IMG/VR virus record: IMGVR_UViG_3300034107_000364
Direction: 5' to 3' (one strand)
Source of the DNA: a virus
Taxonomy: Duplodnaviria > Heunggongvirae > Uroviricota > Caudoviricetes
Length of the DNA: 64,000 bases
Shown: piece after piece, positions 36,701-44,311 of the stretch
Layout of the letters: the number at the start of each line of letters is the position of its first letter
Numbering within the stretch: position 1 is the first letter of the stretch
Made by a program: the position numbers and the translations under genes
The notes under the pieces: model-generated
Databases searched by the model: none
What the model was told of the DNA's origin: nothing
Seen by the model: the letters and a program-made list of their open reading frames with translations, nothing else

Positions 36701-39031
36701 GATGGTCTTCCTGGAGCACCTGGTGCTGATGGAGTTTCTACATATTTCCACGTTGCCTATGCTGATAATGCTTCAGGTGGAGGATTTAGTCAATCTGCTG
36801 CTGGTAAACTTTATATCGGTACTTATGTTGATACAACTGCCGCAGATGCAGCATCTGGTAGTAATCTATGGAAATGGCAATTAGTTAAAGGTGCTGATGG
36901 TGAGAATGGAGAAAATGGTATAGCGGGTCAAAATGGTACTGATGGATTAACTTCATATTTACATATTGCCTACGCTAACAATTCAACGGGTACAGTTGCT
37001 TTTCACTTAAGCGATCCAATAGGCCGAGAATATTTAGGAACATATACTGATTTTAATCAAGCTGACTCAACAAATCCAGCTCTTTATACATGGACTTTGG
37101 TTAAAGGTGCTGATGGTGCGGACGGAGTAAACGGAGCAGACGGTGCAGATGGTTCTGCTGGAGCAAACGCAAGAGCAGTAAACCTAACTTGCACAAGTCA
37201 AATATTTACATATAATACTTCTGGAACAACTCCATCTCCTTCCAATACCGTAATCACAGCAACTGCTTTGAATACAAGTGGAACTGTATATTATCAATTC
37301 TTTAAGAATGACGTATCAGTACAGAATACAATATCAAATGCATATACCTACACTCCACAGTCTAGTTTTACCAACATGCCTGATAAAATAGAAGTACAAA
37401 TTAGAGAAGGAGCTGCAACCGGAACTGTTAAAGCACGTGACCAAATAACAATGGCTGGAATTAAACCAGGCGCAAATGGTTCAAATGGTTCTAATGGAGC
37501 AAATGGTAGAGATGGTTCCGATGGTGCTGATGGTTATAATGGAGTTGATGGTGTAAATGGTGAACCAGGTGCTGATGGTACCGATGGTATGACCATAATT
37601 CTTAGTAATGAAGCACATACTTTACCAACAACAAATACAGGAACTGTAACATACACTGGTTCAGGAACTACTATAAAAGTATTTGAAGGAGCTACAGAAT
37701 TAAATTATACTATATCGGGAGATAGTGAAGGTACTTATGCAGTATCAGGAGCAGGTAGTTCAATTACAGTAGGAAGTATTACAGATAGCGGTACATTTGC
37801 AACTGTTAACAATCATAGCAATATGACTGCTAATACCGCTTCAATTACATATACTATTGCTGGATATAGAGCAAATGGAGCATACTTCACCTTTACTAAA
37901 ACTCAAAGTTTTGCTAAATCTGTACAAGGTGCAGTTGGTCCACAGGGTCCAGCACCAGATACCTCACAATATTTAACTACTACAACAACTATTGATGGTG
38001 GTAAAATAACTACAGGTATAATTAAGAATGGTAACTTCCCAGCAAATCATACAACAGCATGGAATACTTATTCTACCGCCGGTATGGGTATAAACTTAGA
38101 TCAAGGCGCAATAAACGCTAAGAATTTCTATATTGCACCAGATGGTACTGCAGCATTTAAAGGAGACATCGATGTTACTTCAGGAGCAACAGTTGGTGGA
38201 AGTCCAATGAATGACTTCTTTGAGGTTGACGATGTTATAGAAGAAGGTACACCACGTCGAGTTCTTAAAATGAGAAATGATGCATACATTGGAACTGTAA
38301 AATTTAGTGGTTTTAGAAGTGATTTTGAATTAACAAAAAGTGATCTTAATAATTATAAAACTGATTTTAACTTAATTGCAGATGATTATGCAACTCGATT
38401 TAACTCAGACCCACGTGGAGATGGTAGTGGTGAAATTTCACCAGATCCTGGTTTTGGCGCAACATTATCTCACATGTACGTTAAAAGAAATGATGCTGTA
38501 TTAGAAATTGGAGACCTTGTTAAGTTAGATGAAAATAATGAATTAGTTAAAGCATCTTCTGCAAAAGACAAAACAATCGTTGGTATTTTATGGCAAGAGG
38601 TTGATTTTTCTATAAAAGAAAGTCCATTAGATAAATTCATAATAAGTGGTAAAGATACTTCAGAAAAAGATTATCAATACCGAGATTCATTTGGAAATAA
38701 AATACCTTCGGAAGACAGAGATCAAAAAAGTATCTGGAAAGTTGCTTCATTAGGAGATTCATTCGATGCAGGTGCCGGATTACAAGGTATGAAAGTATGT
38801 AACCAAAACGGACCTGTTGTTAAAGGAGATCTATTATGTTCATCAGACGTACCAGGTTATGCTATGAAACAACCGGTTGAATATGTTATAATCGGATTTG
38901 ATAATGATGTACCTCAATACGAAGAACGTCAAACAATAAATTCATTCACTTTAGGTAAATGTATGGAAACCTGTACATTTGATGGTGAAGGTAAAGCAAC
39001 CGGAATCTACGGTTATCTTTATTGTGGATAG
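33797..39031 (+). CDS. Large tail fibre/receptor-binding protein (mosaic)
   Basis: RPLTHDEMDYN N-terminus, 41-aa coiled-coil repeats, lambda-J-like YTLEVNADGNVAGM segment, collagen tracts with HVAYAD modules, C-terminal GDLLCSS..PGYAMKQ chaperone-like domain. Confidence 0.8.
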   Translation: MSNSKKLTDYNFAHGLHRGQNGFYRPILPEDVNRPLTHDEMDYNIQLIGGIIGGYRVIGTGTDSVLDVTNDANKSLKLYKVTSNDTEIIASGSEINDLVWIVDTEVLSFGEVTDDLIPNQNEVYDLGSPTKKFRDLYLSNNTLYLGTNTLSMVGGSLQVNGSPIGAGSELLDNINDVANLLGIETSIRVEAITDINSQINLIADENSAMAQSVLDLDTQFTADLTNAITGETLARTTAISGINQTLTSLSNANAATAQSVLDLDTAFTTEITAAVGAETASRTTAISGINQTLTSLSNANQATAQSVLDLDTQFTADLTNAITGETLARTTAISGINQTLTALSNADEATAQSVTDLGTAFTADITAAVGAETSARTTAISGINQTLTSISNANQAIAQSVTDLGSSFTSDIEDAVGAETLARTAAISDINQTLTSITNANEATAQSVTDLSTSFTSEITGAISTEALARQNALAAEVLARAAAIQSAVDLIPDPTGFATTEDLEAETTSRVSAIAAEAAERARLLGIETTARTTAISGINQTLTTLNDANSATAQSVTNLSASFASDLTDLETDQNLLRTNAIAEVESSISALTTANEAVALSVTNLGTQFETDIDAAITGEAAIRALAITNIGEQISSLSNGDGANATRLNTLEAQYTITDGSILGFSQTSALKTVIDSAIATANQATVSSTTDLIAELGEQTAGVTQSMSADINALTNKVNAQYTLEVNADGNVAGMRLGADETGSSIAFTADSFKVSSGGPNGELLTPFSIVNGQVAFNGAVSFSSGTTGPAGPAGTNGINGTNGRDGADGTNGLNGSNGLPGAPGADGVSTYFHVAYADTASGGGFSQLPAGKLYIGTYVDTTADDASSASNLWKWQLVKGEDGLNGENGIAGVNGADGLTSYLHIAYATNATGTTGFHLSQSLDKTYLGTYTDFTEADSTNPALYTWTLIKGADGADGLNGSDGLPGAPGADGVSTYFHVAYADNASGGGFSQSAAGKLYIGTYVDTTAADAASGSNLWKWQLVKGADGENGENGIAGQNGTDGLTSYLHIAYANNSTGTVAFHLSDPIGREYLGTYTDFNQADSTNPALYTWTLVKGADGADGVNGADGADGSAGANARAVNLTCTSQIFTYNTSGTTPSPSNTVITATALNTSGTVYYQFFKNDVSVQNTISNAYTYTPQSSFTNMPDKIEVQIREGAATGTVKARDQITMAGIKPGANGSNGSNGANGRDGSDGADGYNGVDGVNGEPGADGTDGMTIILSNEAHTLPTTNTGTVTYTGSGTTIKVFEGATELNYTISGDSEGTYAVSGAGSSITVGSITDSGTFATVNNHSNMTANTASITYTIAGYRANGAYFTFTKTQSFAKSVQGAVGPQGPAPDTSQYLTTTTTIDGGKITTGIIKNGNFPANHTTAWNTYSTAGMGINLDQGAINAKNFYIAPDGTAAFKGDIDVTSGATVGGSPMNDFFEVDDVIEEGTPRRVLKMRNDAYIGTVKFSGFRSDFELTKSDLNNYKTDFNLIADDYATRFNSDPRGDGSGEISPDPGFGATLSHMYVKRNDAVLEIGDLVKLDENNELVKASSAKDKTIVGILWQEVDFSIKESPLDKFIISGKDTSEKDYQYRDSFGNKIPSEDRDQKSIWKVASLGDSFDAGAGLQGMKVCNQNGPVVKGDLLCSSDVPGYAMKQPVEYVIIGFDNDVPQYEERQTINSFTLGKCMETCTFDGEGKATGIYGYLYCG
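34420..35180 (+). repeat. ~123-bp (41-aa) tandem coding repeats
   Basis: Repeated AGAACAACAGC.ATATCTGGTATAAATCAAACTTTAAC (RTTAISGINQTLT). Confidence 0.8.
36240..37120 (+). repeat. ~438-bp duplicated module in the tail fibre
   Basis: Two copies of GLPGAPGADGVSTYFHVAYAD...YTWTL.KGADG. Confidence 0.8.
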
Positions 39032-39090
39032 ATAATTTAGAATTTATATAATATAAAATAAACGCCACACCATTTAATCGAAAACCTACC

Positions 39091-39120
39091 AAAGGGATGA
39101 AGAAATTCATCCCTTTTTTT
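39091..39120 (+). terminator. Intrinsic terminator
   Basis: AAAGGGATGAA-GAAA-TTCATCCCTTT plus T-run. Confidence 0.85.
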
Positions 39121-39136
39121 ATGTGATATATACAAT

Positions 39137-39832
39137 ATGAGAACAATTTATAAATTTGAAGATTTCATGGGCGAGAGTAGAAGTAAGTGGGACGGTTTAG
39201 CATCTAGTTTAACTAGTCTTGTATTCAAGGCATGGATTAAAGGATACCAGAACGGTATGTCTGAGATAAATTACATGGATCAAATAGAAGATAAATTAGA
39301 ATTTGATCTTGACGCTACAATTTACATTGATAAAAGATTCAAGGGATTTGAAGTCTTAGAAGGTACTGGTGCCGATGCTAGAGACATTGATGACGACGAC
39401 GATGATCAAACTCCTTTTATTAATATATACTTTGGTATAAATCCTGAATGGTTACCCGGAGAATGGTCTATGGTTTATTTTCATTTAGCAGATGTAATGC
39501 GACATGAAATGGAACATATTACACAAGATGGTGCAGGTGTTGGTAATTATAAAGCTGGAAAACCAAATGAAGATGATTCTGAACTTAGACATCTTATTAA
39601 TCTGGGAATATTACCTAAAGCACATTATATGATGTTACCGAAAGAAGTTGATGCTAATTTACATGGACTTAGATTCGAAGCTAAGAAAAGAAGAGAACCA
39701 ATTATAGATGCAATCAATAGATACTTAGATACACAAGAACAAGGTGGTATTATTGATGGTGTCGAACGAGAAGAGATATTAGATCTTTGGAGACGAAGAG
39801 CACAACAAATCGGTGGAATACCTAAATTTTAA
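39137..39832 (+). CDS. HExxH (zincin-like) protein with FEDF-type N-terminus
   Basis: RHEMEH...Y...P.EVDA. Confidence 0.65.
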   Translation: MRTIYKFEDFMGESRSKWDGLASSLTSLVFKAWIKGYQNGMSEINYMDQIEDKLEFDLDATIYIDKRFKGFEVLEGTGADARDIDDDDDDQTPFINIYFGINPEWLPGEWSMVYFHLADVMRHEMEHITQDGAGVGNYKAGKPNEDDSELRHLINLGILPKAHYMMLPKEVDANLHGLRFEAKKRREPIIDAINRYLDTQEQGGIIDGVEREEILDLWRRRAQQIGGIPKF

Positions 39833-39835
39833 ACT

Positions 39836-40384
39836 ATGAAACACGTAAAATTATTCGAAGAATTTATGAATGAAAAATCAGGAGACTCTTATTCTTCAGG
39901 TTGTGTAATGCTATACTTTAACTTTCCAACAATGAACAAGATTCATGAAGCGATAGATGAAGCTGACTTATACGAAGAAGAGGGTGATAGAACATTTGGC
40001 CTTGAAGATGAGCCACATTGCACTTTATTATATGGACTTGAAGGTTCTGTAACAGTGTCGCAAGTAACTGAGATCTTAAATACCCAAATATTTGGAACTT
40101 GCAAAGTACATAATGCTTCTTTATTTGAGAATCAATATGACGTACTTAAATTTGATGTCAATGGCGATTCTTTAAATGCATGCAACAAAGCGTTGTGTGA
40201 ACTTCCATATAACAGTGATTTTCCAGACTATCATGCACATATGACTGTTGCTTATTTAAAGAAAGGTACCGGTAAAAAGTATTGTGAATCTATGAGTGGA
40301 CAAGAATATGAATTAGTACCGACATATGCTGTTTTTAGTCAACCTGATGGAACTAAAACAGAAATAAAAATTAAAGTAAATTAG
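39836..40384 (+). CDS. 2H phosphoesterase (T4 57B/Acb1-like) with FEEF-type N-terminus
   Basis: Two HxT motifs: PHCTLLYG and YHAHMTVAY. Confidence 0.75.
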   Translation: MKHVKLFEEFMNEKSGDSYSSGCVMLYFNFPTMNKIHEAIDEADLYEEEGDRTFGLEDEPHCTLLYGLEGSVTVSQVTEILNTQIFGTCKVHNASLFENQYDVLKFDVNGDSLNACNKALCELPYNSDFPDYHAHMTVAYLKKGTGKKYCESMSGQEYELVPTYAVFSQPDGTKTEIKIKVN

Positions 40385-40388
40385 TCTA

Positions 40389-40571
40389 ATGGGCAAATAC
40401 TGTATTATCAAACACATTAATTCAATAAATGGGACAAAAGTTCCAGTAATTATTCTAGATAGCTTAGGAGAAGTTTTAGAATTTGAAGAATTACATGAAG
40501 CTGAAGATTTAAAGGAGCTCTTTCAAAAGAATTCGGATTCTGGTTATACGTATACTGTAAAAAAGATATAA
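40389..40571 (+). CDS. Hypothetical protein
   Basis: 60-aa ORF in operon. Confidence 0.55.
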   Translation: MGKYCIIKHINSINGTKVPVIILDSLGEVLEFEELHEAEDLKELFQKNSDSGYTYTVKKI

Positions 40572-40573
40572 TC

Positions 40574-41029
40574 ATGAAACATATAAAACTTTTTGAGAAA
40601 TTTATAGAAGACAGAATTAAATGTGATAACTGTGGGTGGACATGGGATCTTAAAAAGGGTGGTAAGGATTTATATATATGTCATGAATGTTTTCATGATA
40701 ATACTGAGATTGCGAATGAATCATTTGTGTTACGAGATTTAGAAGATAAATATGGTATAGATTTGGATTTATATGACAATGGTAAATTCTTAGAATTATC
40801 AAGGATCGTTATTCCAAAAGATAAAAGAGGCGAAGGTATTGGATCTGAAATCATGCAACAAATTAATGATTATGCCGATTCTAAAGGTTTAAAAATATAC
40901 TTAACGCCATCTAAAGATTTTGGAGCTACTTCAACTTCTAGGTTAGAAAAGTTTTATAAAGATCATGGATTTGTAAAGAATACTGATAAGAGTGAAACCA
41001 GAAATACAATGGTAAGATTACCACAATAA
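40574..41029 (+). CDS. Zn-ribbon plus GNAT acetyltransferase with FEKF-type N-terminus
   Basis: CDNC...CHEC; RGEGIGS; L.KFY..HGF. Confidence 0.75.
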   Translation: MKHIKLFEKFIEDRIKCDNCGWTWDLKKGGKDLYICHECFHDNTEIANESFVLRDLEDKYGIDLDLYDNGKFLELSRIVIPKDKRGEGIGSEIMQQINDYADSKGLKIYLTPSKDFGATSTSRLEKFYKDHGFVKNTDKSETRNTMVRLPQ

Positions 41030-41032
41030 ATT

Positions 41033-41908
41033 ATGAAGAAAGTATTATTATTTGAAGAGTTTCTAGATGAAGCTAAAAAGAAAATGGACAATCCATGTTG
41101 GAAAGGTTATACTATGTATGGTACTAAAACTGATGAGGATGGAAATGAAGTACCTAATTGTATTCCTGTCGAAGAATCAAATAATATAGAAGACTCTTAT
41201 AATGATTATCCTGAAGATGCTAAAAAGAATGCTCAGTTGGCAATTGACTGGAAAGAGAAATATGGTAGAGATAAAGTTGAAGCTGGAACTGCAGTTGGTT
41301 GGGCAAGAGCTAATCAATTAGCTAAAGGTGAAAATATATCAGGTGATACTGTAAAAAGAATGGCATCATTCAATAGACATCGTAAAAATTCAACTATTGC
41401 TCCTGAATTTAAAGAGACTCCATGGTTAGACAAAGGATATGTTTCTTGGTTGATTTGGGGTGGAGATGAAGGTGTTGATTGGGCTTTAGAAAAATCTAAA
41501 ACAATTACAGAAAGCAAATCTCTTTTCGAAGAATTCTTATTAGAAAAGGGTAAGAAAAGCAAACCAAAAACCGATAAAGAAAAAATTAAGGACCTGTCTA
41601 AAAAACAAAAAGGTCTTGCTAAAAAAGTAAGAGATATTAAAGGTGATATGCTTGATATTTCAAAAGATAAAGAAAAGGAGCCTACTGATAAACTACAAGG
41701 TTTATTACTAAAAACTCAAATGCAGCAATCTGCTGTAGATGCTAAAAAGGCAGAAGTTCAAATTCAGCAAATTGGTTTAAAAGCTAAATTAAAAACTGCA
41801 AAGAAAAAAGAAAAGGCGCTTAAGGATGCAGAGAAAGATAATCCTAAACCTGAAGTCGAAGTTAAACCAAAAGAAAAGTCTAATAAAGATAACCCTAAAA
41901 AAGCTTAA
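41033..41908 (+). CDS. Mosaic putative head-associated protein with FEEF-type peptides
   Basis: MKKVLLFEEFLDE; PCWKGY...VPNC module; GTAVGWARANQLA...WGG module; second LFEEFLLE before a Lys-rich tail. Confidence 0.6.
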   Translation: MKKVLLFEEFLDEAKKKMDNPCWKGYTMYGTKTDEDGNEVPNCIPVEESNNIEDSYNDYPEDAKKNAQLAIDWKEKYGRDKVEAGTAVGWARANQLAKGENISGDTVKRMASFNRHRKNSTIAPEFKETPWLDKGYVSWLIWGGDEGVDWALEKSKTITESKSLFEEFLLEKGKKSKPKTDKEKIKDLSKKQKGLAKKVRDIKGDMLDISKDKEKEPTDKLQGLLLKTQMQQSAVDAKKAEVQIQQIGLKAKLKTAKKKEKALKDAEKDNPKPEVEVKPKEKSNKDNPKKA

Positions 41909-42784
41909 ATGCATTTATACGATACTGATTTTTTTAAGCGAAGCCGTGTGTGGAGAGCTGATTTTTTAGAAAAACTCAAGACAAAACCTGCACAATATTG
42001 GTATGATTATCAATATGATCTAGAACAACACATAGATAAAATATATGTGTTATATCTTCCACATCGAGAAGATAAGAAAAATATATTAACAGAAAGATTA
42101 AAACAAACCAAAACTAAAGAATCAAATCTATTGGATTCAGTTACTTGGTGGGAAGGTCATTTTAATAAAACTGAATGGGATCCTAAAATACACGATGCCA
42201 ATTATTCATTAAAATATGCATGGGATATTGAACCTACTCCCGAAGTAATATATAATATTGGTCTAGGCGGAAATGTTATCATAGATGATCTAAATAAAAT
42301 TAGCGTTACTGCATCTCTACCGGAAAGTAATATAGCATTAGGACATGCATCTATTTTACAAGATATAGTCGATAATGATATTCAACATGCACTTATATTG
42401 GAAGACGATGCATTATTTAGTCCTGGTTTTTCTTGGTTAATGGAAAGAATGTTTAAGCAATTACCAGATGATTGGGATATATTTTATGTTTCATATCAAC
42501 CGTCTATATATGGATTTAAAAGTGAACCATATACCGAAGACATAGTTAAGATTACATCCGGTGTATGGTGGCTTTCAGGCGTTTTTATTAATCAAAGAGC
42601 TGCTAAGAAATTAATAGATAATTTTCCTATTATTGGTCCAATAGATGTTTGGATCAACTATCATTTTGATGATTTGAACGTATATGGTACAATGTATAAT
42701 TGTATTAATCAGGATTATAAATCTACTTCTGATAATAAAAACTCTTTTAGAGGAGCCATAGACAATTTGAAAAATAATTTGTAA
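41909..42784 (+). CDS. GT25-family glycosyltransferase
   Basis: IDKIYVLYL..R..K; LGH......ALILEDD; LPDDWDIFY; PIDVW. Confidence 0.75.
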   Translation: MHLYDTDFFKRSRVWRADFLEKLKTKPAQYWYDYQYDLEQHIDKIYVLYLPHREDKKNILTERLKQTKTKESNLLDSVTWWEGHFNKTEWDPKIHDANYSLKYAWDIEPTPEVIYNIGLGGNVIIDDLNKISVTASLPESNIALGHASILQDIVDNDIQHALILEDDALFSPGFSWLMERMFKQLPDDWDIFYVSYQPSIYGFKSEPYTEDIVKITSGVWWLSGVFINQRAAKKLIDNFPIIGPIDVWINYHFDDLNVYGTMYNCINQDYKSTSDNKNSFRGAIDNLKNNL

Positions 42785-42824
42785 TTAATTACATGGATAT
42801 ATAAATAAAAAATAATACCTTATT

Positions 42825-43418
42825 ATGACTAAAAAAATACTATCATTCGAAGAGTATGCTGCTAGTAAAAACTTTACTAGTAACGATGATATTGCCGAAG
42901 AAAACGAAGAACTTTGTGAAACTTGTGAAAAGGATCCATGTATATGTGAATCTTCCGAAGAAGATGAAGACGACGAGGAAGAAGAATCTGAAGAATCTGA
43001 AGAATCTGAAGATGAAGACGAGGATGAAGATGAGGAAGAATCTGATGAGCATGAAAAATTAGAAAGTCCAGACGAAGAAGCTAAAGAAGATGAAGAAGAA
43101 GCTGAAGGCGGTGAAAAAGCTGAAGACGATCAAAAAGTAAAAACAGTAGCAGAAATGTTAGAATCATGTTTTAGCGATGCTGTTAAAGAAGCATGTGATT
43201 ATGACAAAGATGAGTATCCTGACCATACTTTAGAATCATATCTTAAAGAAAATGCTTCATTAATTGCAGCAATGAGTGCTAAGACTTTAGAGCAAGCACA
43301 CGCTGAACTTAATGATGAAGCTCTTGAAAAAGAAATGTATGAAGCATGTCTTAATGATATGAAGGAATCTTATTGTAAAAAAATAGAAGAGCTTAAAGAA
43401 GCTTGGTCAGCACAGTAA
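42825..43418 (+). CDS. Highly acidic protein with FEEY-type N-terminus
   Basis: MTKKILSFEEY; long E/D tract. Confidence 0.7.
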   Translation: MTKKILSFEEYAASKNFTSNDDIAEENEELCETCEKDPCICESSEEDEDDEEEESEESEESEDEDEDEDEEESDEHEKLESPDEEAKEDEEEAEGGEKAEDDQKVKTVAEMLESCFSDAVKEACDYDKDEYPDHTLESYLKENASLIAAMSAKTLEQAHAELNDEALEKEMYEACLNDMKESYCKKIEELKEAWSAQ

Positions 43419-43420
43419 TT

Positions 43421-43720
43421 ATGAAACACTTAAAAACATTTGAAGCATATTCTTTCGATCACGAAGGAACCGATATTAGAAACCCATTCACAGATGAGAC
43501 ATCAATGAATGATGTTGATCCTAATAGTTATTACGGTAAAGACTATGCAAAATCAGACATTAAAAAAATTGTTGATGCATCTGAAAATTTTATAGCTAAG
43601 TATAACGAGTGGAAAGAATTAAATCCTTTAGATAAAAGCGAAGATTTAAATGCTAACTACGAAGAATATGTTAAACCTGCTTTAGATATATTAACAAATA
43701 TAGTAAAGAAACACGGGTAA
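43421..43720 (+). CDS. Hypothetical protein with MKHLKTFE N-terminus
   Basis: Start reassigned to MKHLKTFEAY. Confidence 0.6.
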   Translation: MKHLKTFEAYSFDHEGTDIRNPFTDETSMNDVDPNSYYGKDYAKSDIKKIVDASENFIAKYNEWKELNPLDKSEDLNANYEEYVKPALDILTNIVKKHG

Positions 43721-43798
43721 TTCAAATCCAATCGAATTAAACTTTTTAAAGGGTCTATGTATAATGCATGGACCTTTTTTATTTAAAAGACATTTATT

Positions 43799-44311
43799 AT
43801 GCCAAGAATACCAGTAGAAATCATTTATATGCAAATGGCATATCAAACTGCCAAATTAAGTTATGCACAACGACGAAGAGTTGGGTGCATCATTGTTAAA
43901 GACGAACAAATAGTATCATATGGTTATAACGGAACCCCACATGGATTTGATAATCTATGTGAAGAGGACGATGTTAAGTTTTATGAAAATCCAGATATGG
44001 CAGTGGTGTTAGAAGAATATGGATATACATGTGAAAATGGATGCTGTACTAAAAAAGATGCTATCACAAAAAGAGAAGTCTTGCATGCAGAATCAAATGC
44101 TATTACCAAGTTAGCAAAATCCACAATGACATCTAATGGTGCAGATCTATACACTACAACTGCACCTTGTTTTGATTGTGCAAAACTAATTATCCAAGCA
44201 GGAATTAAACGAGTATACTACTCAGAAGACTATCGCGATATGAGCGGTGTCGAATTATTAAATAAAGCTAATATTGAAGTAAAAGAAGTTATATGTTGGA
44301 ACGCAGAATAG
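43799..44311 (+). CDS. dCMP deaminase
   Basis: VGCIIV, GYNGTP, HAESNAI, PCFDCAK. Confidence 0.92.
   Translation: MPRIPVEIIYMQMAYQTAKLSYAQRRRVGCIIVKDEQIVSYGYNGTPHGFDNLCEEDDVKFYENPDMAVVLEEYGYTCENGCCTKKDAITKREVLHAESNAITKLAKSTMTSNGADLYTTTAPCFDCAKLIIQAGIKRVYYSEDYRDMSGVELLNKANIEVKEVICWNAE

Noticed and set aside
36240-37120. Diversity-generating retroelement TR/VR pair
   Set aside because: Both copies are in-frame coding, the differences are not confined to adenines, and there is no reverse transcriptase in the window
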